Below, piece by piece: positions 8,578 through 19,370 of a DNA stretch of 64,000 nucleotides; position 1 is the stretch's first letter, and each line of letters starts with the position of its first letter. The position numbers and the translations under genes were made by a program. The notes below the pieces were generated by a model, which made no database searches, was not told where the DNA came from, and worked only from the letters and a program-made list of their open reading frames with translations. The stretch covers positions 1,280,001-1,344,000 of the forward strand of contig OZ252220.1 in the NCBI GenBank assembly GCA_965249135.1. The letters are read 5' to 3'. The DNA comes from Alphaproteobacteria bacterium. GTDB lineage: Bacteria > Pseudomonadota > Alphaproteobacteria > GCA-2746255.

Positions 8578-8605
8578 CGAATCGCGAGTCCTCGAATCGC
8601 GAATC
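8578..8605. promoter_or_regulatory. Cluster of four GANTC (CcrM) sites upstream of TPR-ispE
   Basis: GAATC 8579, GAGTC 8586, GAATC 8594, GAATC 8601. Confidence 0.6.
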
Positions 8606-8698
8606 CCAAGTCCTCCCCCTCCTTTCAAATTAGGGGGTTTCCCCGCTCCTCGCAAGCCGGCCCGGGGGACCTTCGCCTTAAAACGGCCCAAGCAAGCC

Positions 8699-10351
8699 TT
8701 ACATGTTCGGGTAGTTCGGGCCGCCGCCGCCCTCCGGCACCACCCAGTCGATGTTCTGGGTCGGATCCTTGATGTCGCAGGTCTTACAATGCACGCAGTT
8801 TTGGGCATTGATCTGCAGCCTCGGATTCTGGCCGTCGTCGTCGCGCAGGATCTCGAAGACGCCGGCCGGGCAGTAGCGCTGCTCCGGCGCATCGAAGCGC
8901 TTCAAATTAACGTCGATCGCCACCTTCGGGTCCTTCAACACGAGATGAACCGGCTGGTTCTCTTCGTGGTTCGTATTCGAAAGGAAGACCGACGACATCC
9001 TGTCGAAGGTGACCACGCCATCGGGCTTTGGATAGTCGATGGCGCGCGCCTCGTCTTTCGTGGCCAGCCTTTCATGATCGGCATGGCCGTGGCGAAGCGT
9101 CCAAGGCGCACGTCCCCGGAAAAGAATCTGATCGATGCCAGTATAAAGGGTGCCCAACCACAAGCCCCATTGAAAAGAAGGCCGCACGTTGCGCGCCTGG
9201 TAAAGTTCGTCATAGACCCATGCGTTCTTGAAGTTCTTCGCGTAGGCTTCCAATTCGTCCCCGCCTTGCCGGCCTTCACAAAGTGCTGCGAAGGCCGCTT
9301 CGGCCGCCAGCATCCCGGACTTCATCGCCGTGTGCGTGCCTTTGATCTTCGGCATGTTCAACGTGCCGGCCTCGCAGCCGATGAGCGCGCCGCCCGGAAA
9401 GGTAAGCTTCGGCAACGATTGCAGGCCGCCTTCGTTCATGGCACGCGCACCATAGGAGATGCGTTTTCCCCCTTCGAAGATGGGGCGGATTTTCGGATGC
9501 AGCTTGAAACGCTGAAATTCGTCATAGGGGCTTAGGTACGGGTTCGTGTAATCGAGACCGACGACGAACCCGACCGCGACCTGACAATCCTCGAGATGAT
9601 AGAGGAACGAACCGCCATAGGTCGCATTATCCAGCGGCCAGCCCGCCGTATGAATGACGCGGCCCGACCGGTGCTTTTCCGGCGCCACCTCCCAAAGCTC
9701 CTTGATGCCGATGCCATAGGTCTGTTCCTCGCTCTCCTCGCGTAAATGAAAACGCCGGATCAGGTCCTTGCCCAGGCTTCCCCGGCAGCCCTCGGCGAAG
9801 AAGGTGTATTTCGCATGGAGCTCGATCCCTGCCTGGTAGGTGGCAAGCTTCCCGCCGTCCCGCCCGACGCCTAAATCGCCGGTGGCTATGCCCTTGACAC
9901 TGCCGTCCGCATTCGTGAGGAGCTGGGCTGCGGCAAAGCCCGGGTAAATCTCGACGCCCAGCGCCTCGGCCTGGCTTGCTAGCCAGCGGCAGAGATTGCC
10001 AAGGCTGATGATGTAGTTGCCGCGATTGTGCATGGCCGGCGGCAAGAACAAGGTGGGGAAGGCAAAGCCGCCCGAGCGGGTAAGAAAGAGGAATTTTTCC
10101 GAGCGAACCGGGGTTCGGACCGGTGCTTCCCTTTCCTTCCAGTCGGGAAGAAGTTCATCGAGCGCGCGCGTATCCAGCACCGCACCGGAAAGAATATGGG
10201 CGCCGATTTCCGAGCCCTTCTCGACAACGCAGACGCTGAAATCCTTGCCCGCTTCTTCGCAGAGTTGCTTCACGCGAATCGCCGCCGCAAGGCCGGCCGG
10301 CCCGGCACCGACGATGACGACGTCGTAGGTCATCGATTCGCGTTCGCTCAA
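8699..10351 (-). CDS. Electron transfer flavoprotein-ubiquinone oxidoreductase
   Basis: GAGPAGL FAD motif, GAHILSGA, C-terminal CPAGVFE and NCVHCKTCDIKDP [4Fe-4S] motif. Confidence 0.97.
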   Translation of the reverse strand: MSERESMTYDVVIVGAGPAGLAAAIRVKQLCEEAGKDFSVCVVEKGSEIGAHILSGAVLDTRALDELLPDWKEREAPVRTPVRSEKFLFLTRSGGFAFPTLFLPPAMHNRGNYIISLGNLCRWLASQAEALGVEIYPGFAAAQLLTNADGSVKGIATGDLGVGRDGGKLATYQAGIELHAKYTFFAEGCRGSLGKDLIRRFHLREESEEQTYGIGIKELWEVAPEKHRSGRVIHTAGWPLDNATYGGSFLYHLEDCQVAVGFVVGLDYTNPYLSPYDEFQRFKLHPKIRPIFEGGKRISYGARAMNEGGLQSLPKLTFPGGALIGCEAGTLNMPKIKGTHTAMKSGMLAAEAAFAALCEGRQGGDELEAYAKNFKNAWVYDELYQARNVRPSFQWGLWLGTLYTGIDQILFRGRAPWTLRHGHADHERLATKDEARAIDYPKPDGVVTFDRMSSVFLSNTNHEENQPVHLVLKDPKVAIDVNLKRFDAPEQRYCPAGVFEILRDDDGQNPRLQINAQNCVHCKTCDIKDPTQNIDWVVPEGGGGPNYPNM

Positions 10352-10446
10352 ATGCCTCTCCTTATCCCTTCGCGAGGGCCCAAGTGAAACAGGACGTTAA
10401 GTCTAACATGATGCGCGCATTCGGGGTGCGTGCTAGGCTTTGATTC

Positions 10447-11262
10447 ATGGAAACCACGGAGGCTCCGCTTTTCCAGCTTCGTTGGCAGATCGCCATCGGT
10501 GCCGATGAGGCGATCGGCGAGACGCCGCGAAACCGTTACCAGGAAAACGCCCAGGGAACCGTCATGGGCAATCCGCCTCTCTCAGGCCCAGAGCTGCCGC
10601 TTGCCCCCGAAGGGACTGCGCGCAAACCTTCCCGTCCCGCGCCGCGCCCGACATTGCCCGAGACGGGGAGCGCACACAGCCTTGCGGACGCGGCAAAGAA
10701 TCTGGACGAGCTTCGGGAGGCCCTGCTCCTTTACGAGGGCTGCCCGTTGAAGGCGGCGGCGAATCTCGTCTTCGCGGACGGCAATCCTGAAGCCCGCGTG
10801 ATGCTGATCGGCGAGGCACCGGGTGCCGAAGAAGACCGCCAGGGCCTTCCCTTCGTGGGCCCAAGCGGAAAGCTGCTCGACCGGATGCTGGCGGCGATCG
10901 GGTTGGACCGGAGTTCTGTTTACATCACGAACGTTCTTTTCTGGCGGCCGCCCGGCAACCGGCAGCCGACACCTGCAGAAATTTCGTCCTGCCTTCCTTT
11001 CGTCGGACGCCACATCGAACTCGTGGATCCGGAGATCCTCGTTTTACTGGGGGGTGCGGCGGCAAAGACGCTGATGGCACGCAACGAAGGGATCATGAAG
11101 CTCAGGGGGAAATGGTTCGAATATGAAAGCCGGGGAATGAGCCGACCCTGCCCGGCCATCGCCACCTTTCACCCCGCCTATCTTCTGCGATCGCCGATTC
11201 AAAAGCGCGCCGTCTGGGCCGATTGCCTGACGATCCAGACGAAACTGCAGGAAGGGCGTTAG
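10447..11262 (+). CDS. Uracil-DNA glycosylase, family 4 type
   Basis: GEAPGAEED, PFVGPSG, WRPPGNR, TFHPAYLLR. Confidence 0.93.
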   Translation: METTEAPLFQLRWQIAIGADEAIGETPRNRYQENAQGTVMGNPPLSGPELPLAPEGTARKPSRPAPRPTLPETGSAHSLADAAKNLDELREALLLYEGCPLKAAANLVFADGNPEARVMLIGEAPGAEEDRQGLPFVGPSGKLLDRMLAAIGLDRSSVYITNVLFWRPPGNRQPTPAEISSCLPFVGRHIELVDPEILVLLGGAAAKTLMARNEGIMKLRGKWFEYESRGMSRPCPAIATFHPAYLLRSPIQKRAVWADCLTIQTKLQEGR

Positions 11263-11310
11263 GGCCCCTTGGCCTTGCCGAGCGTGCCCGATTCCGTTAA
11301 GGCAAGCCGC

Positions 11311-13146
11311 ATGTTCATGCGGCCGGCCACGCGTGGAGCTAATCTTGCGCGCGCTCCCCGTCTCGGCAAGCGCGGGATAGGAAGGGTTTTCCTTGCCCCT
11401 GTCCTTGTCCTTGTCCTCGGTGGCTTCTTAGTCCCAGGGGGGAGTTTGCGCGCCGCCCCTTCCGATTCGGCCCAGGGCCCGGTGCCGGCGATCCTTTCGG
11501 AGAAGGATCGGCAACGCTACATAGAAATCTTCGCCCTGCAGGAAACGGGAGAATGGATCGCCGCCGACCGGCAGATAGGTAAGCTCGAAAACCGGATCCT
11601 GGTCGGCCATCTCCTTGCCCAACGCTATCTCCATCCGACGGCGTATCGCTCGAAGTTCGATGAACTTCGCCGTTGGCTTAAAGTTTACGCGGACCACCCG
11701 GACGCCGGGCGCATCTATCGCCTGGCACTTCGCCGAAAGCCGAGAAATGCGCGCAACCCGAAGCGACCCGTCGGCACCTACATCACCGGTCTGGAGAAGA
11801 TGGCCAAGATGGAGGGGGCGGCACCGGCACGTTCGGCAAAGGCTGAGCGCGAGGCGCGCAAATTGCGCGTCCGGGTGCGCTACCGGCTTCGCAAGGGCTA
11901 TACGCAACGCGCGGAAAGCGCGCTTACCGACAAGAACGCGAACCGCTATCTGGATGCGTTAAGCTACGATGCGCTGCAGGCCGATGTTGCCGCCGGCTAT
12001 CTCAGCAAAGGCAAGATCGAGACGGCTTACGCGCTGTCGCTCAAGAGCATCGAACGTTCGGGTTTGGGCGTTCCGAATGCCTATTGGGTGGCGGGAAGGG
12101 CCGCCTGGCGGATGCGGCATTTCGACGCGGCGGGCGAGCATTTCCGCGCGCTTGCTTCGATCAAGGACATCTCTGCGGATCTGACGACGGCGGCCGCCTA
12201 TTGGGCGGCGCGCAACGAGCTCATCCACCGCCGGCCGCAAAACGTCACCCGCTGGCTCAACGCGGCCGCCGAGCATCCGCAAACCTTCTATGGCATCCTC
12301 GCGCGCCGCGCGCTGGGCTTGCGAAACGGGTACGCGTGGGAGGCGCCGCGGCTCACCCGGGAAGACGTGGGCCGCATCGAGGCAATGACGCGCGGGGTGC
12401 GGGCGCTTGGCCTGCTGGAAGTCGGCCAACGCTACCGGGCGGAGCGCGAGCTGCGTGCGGTTGCCGCCGAGCCGGAACTCACCCGCCCGGTGCTGGCGCT
12501 TGCCACACATTTCAGCCTGCCTTCCCTTTCCGTCCGTCTGTCCGGCCTGCTAAGCTTTGGTGAAGGCCATCCCGGTGTCGCCTACCCGATCCCGCCCTGG
12601 ATCCCGGAGGAAGGCTATGCGGTCGACCGTGCGCTTCTCTACGCGATCATGCATCAGGAATCCGTTTTCAACGTCCGTGCGAAGAGCCCGGCCGGCGCCC
12701 GAGGTCTCATGCAGTTGCTGCCCAGGACCGCCAATCTGATGGTGCGCGGCAGGCCCTTCTCGGGCGTGCGCCGCGACCGATTGTTCCAACCGGAACTGAA
12801 CCTTGCGATCGGCCAGAAGTTCGTGCTCCACCTTCTTAACAACGAGCAGACTCAAGGCAATTTGTTCCTGCTGACGGCCGCTTACAATGCGGGCCTTCGC
12901 CGTGTCACGGGATGGCAACGCAAGGTCATGCCAAAAGACGATGACGCGCTTCTTTTCATCGAAAGCCTCCCCTCAAAGGAAACGCGGATTTTCGTGAAGC
13001 GCGTCTTTCGGAATCTCTGGATCTATCGCGAGCGGTTGGGCCAGGAGACACCATCGATTGAGGCGATCCTCGGTGGCGAATGGCCGGTCTATATCGCCCT
13101 TGATGGCGCGGAGAAGGATCCACAGGTGGCCGAGCATGGCGATTGA
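11311..13146 (+). CDS. Soluble lytic murein transglycosylase (SLT domain); start uncertain
   Basis: Signal-like hydrophobic stretch; SLT motifs HQES, GARGLMQL, AAYNAG and FIESLP. Confidence 0.9.
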   Translation: MFMRPATRGANLARAPRLGKRGIGRVFLAPVLVLVLGGFLVPGGSLRAAPSDSAQGPVPAILSEKDRQRYIEIFALQETGEWIAADRQIGKLENRILVGHLLAQRYLHPTAYRSKFDELRRWLKVYADHPDAGRIYRLALRRKPRNARNPKRPVGTYITGLEKMAKMEGAAPARSAKAEREARKLRVRVRYRLRKGYTQRAESALTDKNANRYLDALSYDALQADVAAGYLSKGKIETAYALSLKSIERSGLGVPNAYWVAGRAAWRMRHFDAAGEHFRALASIKDISADLTTAAAYWAARNELIHRRPQNVTRWLNAAAEHPQTFYGILARRALGLRNGYAWEAPRLTREDVGRIEAMTRGVRALGLLEVGQRYRAERELRAVAAEPELTRPVLALATHFSLPSLSVRLSGLLSFGEGHPGVAYPIPPWIPEEGYAVDRALLYAIMHQESVFNVRAKSPAGARGLMQLLPRTANLMVRGRPFSGVRRDRLFQPELNLAIGQKFVLHLLNNEQTQGNLFLLTAAYNAGLRRVTGWQRKVMPKDDDALLFIESLPSKETRIFVKRVFRNLWIYRERLGQETPSIEAILGGEWPVYIALDGAEKDPQVAEHGD

Positions 13147-13663
13147 CGAATCGAAGCCGTTCATTCCCGTCAATGTCGCGGTGCTCACCATATCGGACAC
13201 ACGAAGCGAGGCGAACGACAAATCCGGGAACGTGCTTGTCAAGCGAATCACGGAAGCGGGCCATCGTCTGATTGGTCGCGCCATCGTTCCGGACGAGATG
13301 GAAGCGATCACCTTAAGGCTTCGCGCGTGGATCGCGGACGAGGAAGTGGATTGCGTCATCGCCACCGGCGGCACCGGCCTTACGGGACGCGACGTGACGC
13401 CGGAGGCTTTTCTTTCGGTTTACGAGAAAGAGATCGAGGGCTTCGGCGAACTCTTCCGCAATTTAAGTTATGAGAAGATCGGCACCTCGACCATCCAGTC
13501 GCGCGCCACGGGCGGGGTTGCGAACGGCACGTTCCTGTTCGCGCTTCCCGGCTCGCCGGGCGCCTGCATGGACTGTTGGGACGGCATCCTGCGCTTCCAG
13601 TTGGACTCGCGCTTCCGTCCCTGCAATTTCGTCGAGCTCATGCCGCGTCTTAAGGAGCGCTAG
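13136..13663 (+). CDS. moaB: Molybdenum cofactor biosynthesis protein B
   Basis: VLTISDTR, DKSG, TGGTGLTGRDVTPEA, LPGSPGAC. Confidence 0.95.
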   Translation: MAIDESKPFIPVNVAVLTISDTRSEANDKSGNVLVKRITEAGHRLIGRAIVPDEMEAITLRLRAWIADEEVDCVIATGGTGLTGRDVTPEAFLSVYEKEIEGFGELFRNLSYEKIGTSTIQSRATGGVANGTFLFALPGSPGACMDCWDGILRFQLDSRFRPCNFVELMPRLKER

Positions 13664-14310
13664 GTCTTTTCTTCCTTCCGCCGTTTCCGCCAGTGGCGAT
13701 AACCGGCCTCGTCATCGACGTCCTCACGCATCGCCACCCTTGCGACGCGTAAAGGGGTTTTCAGGTTGCCAAGCGTGTCGGAAAGGGCATGGACGGAGGA
13801 GAAGCGCACGCGCCTGAAGGGATGAAAGGGCCGGGTCAAGCGCCGGAAGCCTACCAGCCAATAGCCGCCATCCGGCGACGGGCCGAAGACGGCGTCGTGA
13901 TCGGTAAGCGCGCGGAAGGCATCCTGGATGTCGCCTATGGTGAGCTCCGGGATATCCGTCCCGATGAGGACGACCGGACCGGGGGGTAGACCTTGAAAGA
14001 CGCGGCCCATGCGCCGACCCAGATCGCTCGAGCCCTGCGGGATCACGCGCGCGGGGCCTGCTTGCGGCCAAGCGCGGCCAATGCCGCCGGCGCCATCGGG
14101 GGTAACCGCCAGCCAAAGGCGCCAGCGCGGATCCCGGTTCAATTTTTTAAGAAGGGCGGCCGTCGTGCTCAGGTGAAAGCGAAGGGCGGGCAGCGGACCG
14201 ATGGTGCGGGCGAGCCTTCGTTTCACCTGACCAAGCCGCGGGGCGCGCGCAAACAGAACGAGGTGGCGTTTAGGCCCGAGACGGCGTTTTCGTGTTCTGC
14301 TTCGTTTCAT
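13660..14310 (-). CDS. DUF2064/TIGR04282-family glycosyltransferase-like protein
   Basis: LFARAPRLGQVKRRL, QGSSDLGRRM, LIGTDIP, GPSPDGGYWLVG, DVD. Confidence 0.85.
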   Translation of the reverse strand: MKRSRTRKRRLGPKRHLVLFARAPRLGQVKRRLARTIGPLPALRFHLSTTAALLKKLNRDPRWRLWLAVTPDGAGGIGRAWPQAGPARVIPQGSSDLGRRMGRVFQGLPPGPVVLIGTDIPELTIGDIQDAFRALTDHDAVFGPSPDGGYWLVGFRRLTRPFHPFRRVRFSSVHALSDTLGNLKTPLRVARVAMREDVDDEAGYRHWRKRRKEEKT

Positions 14311-15011
14311 CCGTAAATGCGTAAGAGGCGCTTCGGAGACACGCCAAGAAAGTAGAGGGTGAGACAGAAGAGGTTGCGCAACGGCCTTTGCCAATAGCCT
14401 TCCCTTTCGTAGCGCTCGGCAGAGGTGAGAAGGACTGCATCCAGAAAGGCGAGCCGCGATCTGCCAAGTCGGCGCACGATGTCGACGTCCTCCATGATCG
14501 GGATCGACGAAAAGCCGCCGATCACATCGTAAAGGGCGCGCGAAAGCAGCAGGCCCTGATCGCCATAGGGAAGGCCCAAGGCCCGGGTGCGCCAGGCGAC
14601 GAGCCGCTCGATCCGCCGCGCCGCCAGTTTCCGGCTGGCCAGCTGGAAATGGAAGATGGCCGCCATGTGATAGTTTTCGGGTACGGCCATGAAGGCTTGC
14701 GTCACTTCCGCCCAGGCCGGCTCGGGCTTGGTGTCGGCGTGAAGAAAGAACAGCCATTCGCCGCGGGCGATCCGTGCCCCTTCCCTTAACTGCGCACCCC
14801 GGTTGGGGAGAAGTGCTGTATCCCCGGTGACGACAGTGGCGCCGAAGCGCTTCGCCACTTTGAGCGTGTCATCGGAAGAGCCGCCATCGGCGACGATGCA
14901 TTCGCAGTCGAGGTTGCGGGTGGCGTCTGCGATCGCCGCCAAGGTCTTTTCCAGATGCGCGGCCGCATTCCGGGTGGGTAGCACGATGCTGAGCAAGGGA
15001 GGTTGCGGCAT
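14307..15011 (-). CDS. TIGR04283-family GT2 glycosyltransferase
   Basis: SIVLPTRN, DGGSSDDT, FLHADT, PYGDQGL, IMEDV. Confidence 0.88.
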   Translation of the reverse strand: MPQPPLLSIVLPTRNAAAHLEKTLAAIADATRNLDCECIVADGGSSDDTLKVAKRFGATVVTGDTALLPNRGAQLREGARIARGEWLFFLHADTKPEPAWAEVTQAFMAVPENYHMAAIFHFQLASRKLAARRIERLVAWRTRALGLPYGDQGLLLSRALYDVIGGFSSIPIMEDVDIVRRLGRSRLAFLDAVLLTSAERYEREGYWQRPLRNLFCLTLYFLGVSPKRLLRIYG

Positions 15012-15126
15012 GGGACGGAGGCATGGGACGAATGGGCCGGATTTTCCGCCTGTTTAGCACAGAAGATGGGTTGGGACAGAAGACCGGCCCTGCCATGCGC
15101 CCTCTCCCGGCCGGGGCACGATAAAT

Positions 15127-15141
15127 GTTCTTGCTTTGTTC
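15127..15141 (+). promoter_or_regulatory. Alphaproteobacterial LexA (SOS) box
   Basis: GTTC-TTGCTTT-GTTC (GTTC-N7-GTTC), 24 bp upstream of the radical SAM gene. Confidence 0.8.
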
Positions 15142-15165
15142 CAGTTTGGCCCCTAGCCTTCCCCC

Positions 15166-16242
15166 ATGGTTAACATTCTCCCCGATCGCCCCCGCAAGGG
15201 CCGCGGCGCCGTCAGCAACTTAACCGGCCGCTTCGAGACGGAGGAGCGCATGGCCGTGAGCGACGGCTGGACGGAGGCGGAGAGACCGGCGCTTCGCACC
15301 CATATCACCATCGATCGGACGCGTTCGATCATCACCCGCAACGCCTCTCCGGACATTCCCTTCGACCGCTCGATCAATCCCTATCGCGGCTGCGAGCATG
15401 GGTGCATTTACTGTTTCGCCCGTCCGACCCATGCCTATCTCGGGCTTTCGCCTGGACTCGATTTCGAAAGCCGCCTGTTTGCCAAACCGAATGCCCATGA
15501 GCTTCTCGAAGCGGAGTTGCGTAAATCCGGCTACCGCTGCGACGTGCTCGCCCTTGGCACAAACACGGACTGCTACCAGCCGATCGAACGGGAGTATAAA
15601 ATCACGCGAAAGGTACTCGAGACGCTGGCCGCCTTCGCCCACCCGGTGAGCCTGGTGACGAAGTCGACGCTGGTGCTGCGCGACCTCGACCTTTTGAGCG
15701 AGATGGCGAAACGGAATCTCGTCAAGGTGTTCATCACGGTGACCAGCTTGCGTGCGGAGATCACGCGCACGCTTGAACCCCGGGCCGCCCATCCGAAGCA
15801 CCGCATCGAGACCATCCGAAGACTTAGCCGGGCCAGCGTGCCGGTCGGCGTCATGGTCGCGCCGGTCATTCCTTTTCTCACCGATTCGGAAATGGAGGGG
15901 ATCCTGGAGGTGGCGGCGGCGGCGGGCGCGACGGAGGCCGGCACCGTCGCCCTTCGTCTGCCCCGTGAGGTGGCCCCGCTGTTCCGGGAATGGCTGCAGG
16001 CAAACGCGCCCGGAAAGGAGCGCCACGTGATGAGCCTCGTCCAAGGCATGCGCAGCGGCAAGGATTACGATTCCCGTTTCTTCGTTCGCGGCCGCGGCAC
16101 CGGACACTACGCGGACCTGCTTGGCAAGCGGTTTAAGCTTGCCTGCCGGCGACTTGGATTGAATGCGAAGGTCGCACCCTTGGATCGAAGCCAGTTCCGC
16201 GCCCCGCCGACCACGGGCGATCAGTTCGACCTCTTCCCGTAA
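15166..16242 (+). CDS. PA0069/SplB-like radical SAM protein
   Basis: SINPYRGCEHGCIYCFAR CxxxCxxC motif; GTNTDCYQP; C-terminal QFDLF (clamp-binding-like). Confidence 0.92.
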   Translation: MVNILPDRPRKGRGAVSNLTGRFETEERMAVSDGWTEAERPALRTHITIDRTRSIITRNASPDIPFDRSINPYRGCEHGCIYCFARPTHAYLGLSPGLDFESRLFAKPNAHELLEAELRKSGYRCDVLALGTNTDCYQPIEREYKITRKVLETLAAFAHPVSLVTKSTLVLRDLDLLSEMAKRNLVKVFITVTSLRAEITRTLEPRAAHPKHRIETIRRLSRASVPVGVMVAPVIPFLTDSEMEGILEVAAAAGATEAGTVALRLPREVAPLFREWLQANAPGKERHVMSLVQGMRSGKDYDSRFFVRGRGTGHYADLLGKRFKLACRRLGLNAKVAPLDRSQFRAPPTTGDQFDLFP

Positions 16243-16904
16243 ACGCAATCCGTGTTAGGGTTTTGGCATAAGGGTCATGCCATATGCGAAAATCGTAAAG
16301 CGAAAATCGTGCCGGACTTCTCCCTTGAAATGGAAACACCAGGCCCGGTCGCCGGGATCGACGAGGTGGGCCGCGGGCCGCTTGCCGGACCCGTGCTTGC
16401 CGCCGCCGTCATCCTGGAGCGAGAAAACTTTCCGGACGAACTTCGCGGAGCGGTGCGGGATTCGAAGACGCTCTCCGCCAAGCGGCGGGAGGAGATTTTA
16501 AAGGCGCTGCTCCCCTTTGGTCGCATCGGCATCGGTGCTGCGAGCGTGCGGGAAATCGACCGTATCAACATCTTAAACGCGACGCTGTTGGCCATGGCCC
16601 GCGCCGTCCGGGCACTCGGGTCCGAGCCCGCGCTGGCGCTCGTCGATGGCAATCGGGCGCCCACGCTTGCCTGCCCGGTCCGCACCGTCGTCGGAGGCGA
16701 CGGGATCAGCCTTTCCATCGCGGCGGCCTCCATCGTCGCCAAGGTGACGCGGGATAAGCTGATGACGCAACTTGCCCGACGCCACCCGGAATATGGCTGG
16801 GAGCGGAACGCCGGCTATGGCACGGCGGCGCACCGGGAAGCCCTTTTTACCCACGGCGTCACCCCACATCATCGGCTTAGCTTCCGGCCGATCCCCCATA
16901 TCTT

Positions 16905-18084
<1,180 letters not shown>

Positions 18085-18171
18085 CCCACCACCCCTGGTT
18101 TCTAGAAATTGACGCCACCTTCCTTTCGCAATGCGGCGATTTCGGCCGGGTGCGGGGCGGTCCCCAGCCCC

Positions 18172-18287
18172 GAATCGGTCATGAAATACATGTTTTTCAA
18201 ATGCCTATTTGCTTATCCACAATTTAAATCTTAAATCTTTGTTAACCATTAACTCTTCTAATAATACCTCTCAAAGTTGAACGATTC
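18172..18287 (+). promoter_or_regulatory. AT-rich regulatory region with DnaA box, CtrA box and GANTC sites
   Basis: TTATCCACA 18213-18221; TTAA-ATCTTTG-TTAAC 18231-18246; GANTC at 18172 and 18283. Confidence 0.75.
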
Positions 18288-18404
18288 GGTGATTGCTGAA
18301 CCTAATACGTGTGCATTAACACTTATGTCCTAGGGAAGCGGAGCGAAAACGCCAGGGGGGTATCGGCATTTCCTTAAGGACGACGGCCGGAAAGGAACCG
18401 AGCC

Positions 18405-19370
18405 ATGAGAAATGCAAGATCCACCCCCCTTGAACCGCGGCCGCCCACGGCGCACGCGCCTGCGAGACGACATCGCTGGCCGGCCGAGCCAAGACCTGCA
18501 ACCACAAAAGGGGAAACGGTCCCACCCTGGGTGAGCCGTGCAAGCAACGTGAAACAGAGCCCCTCGCCGCACATCCTCGTCGCCGACGACAACGAAGCGA
18601 CGCAGGACGTCATCCTGACCATCCTGCGCGTCGCCGGTTTCGATCCGGACGGCGTCGACGATGGCGAAGCCGCCATCGAGGCGGTCAAGAAAGAGGATTA
18701 CGACCTTGTCCTGATGGATGTCGAAATGCCGAAACTGAACGGCATCGACGCGACGAAAGCCATTCGGGCGTTGCCGAGCGCAAAAAGCAAGGTGCCCATC
18801 CTCGCCTTCAGCGGAAACATCACGCCGGACGATCGGGAACGCTTCTATCAGGCCGGCATGGACGGCTTTGCGACGAAACCCATCGCCGCGAACGAACTCG
18901 TCACCCTGATTGCGCGCTGGACCGACCCTGACCCCAAACCGCTATCCCCTGAGGCGAAGAAGGAAAGCGATCTGCCGCTCATCGAGCCGATGACGCTCGC
19001 CGATCTCGAGGCGGCGATCGGGATCGAATTGATCCTCAATCTCCTTGTGCTTTTCGATGAAAATGCCTGTCGCCGCGCGGACGGCAGTCGCACCGCGGTG
19101 GAGGAAGGCAACGCCACCAGGCTCGCCGAAAACGCCCATGACCTGAAAAGCGTTGCCGGCAATTGCGGGTTTACCCGGTTAAGCCGTCATGCGGCCGCCA
19201 TCGAGATGGCCTGCAAGGAGCACGCCCTCGATCGCGCGTTTGCGCTTGGCCGCGAGGTGGACGGGATGCTTGCCGAGTCGCGGGCGAGCCTGTTCGCCAC
19301 CTATCCCGACATCCGCACGAAGCGTGATGCGCTCGCGCAAGGCTCAGGGCCTGCGCGCCGAAGCAACTGA
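18405..19370 (+). CDS. Response regulator receiver + HPt domain protein (start may be GTG 18549)
   Basis: ILVADDN, DLVLMDVEMP and KP of a REC domain; AHDLKSVAGNCG of an HPt domain; no kinase domain. Confidence 0.88.
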   Translation: MRNARSTPLEPRPPTAHAPARRHRWPAEPRPATTKGETVPPWVSRASNVKQSPSPHILVADDNEATQDVILTILRVAGFDPDGVDDGEAAIEAVKKEDYDLVLMDVEMPKLNGIDATKAIRALPSAKSKVPILAFSGNITPDDRERFYQAGMDGFATKPIAANELVTLIARWTDPDPKPLSPEAKKESDLPLIEPMTLADLEAAIGIELILNLLVLFDENACRRADGSRTAVEEGNATRLAENAHDLKSVAGNCGFTRLSRHAAAIEMACKEHALDRAFALGREVDGMLAESRASLFATYPDIRTKRDALAQGSGPARRSN

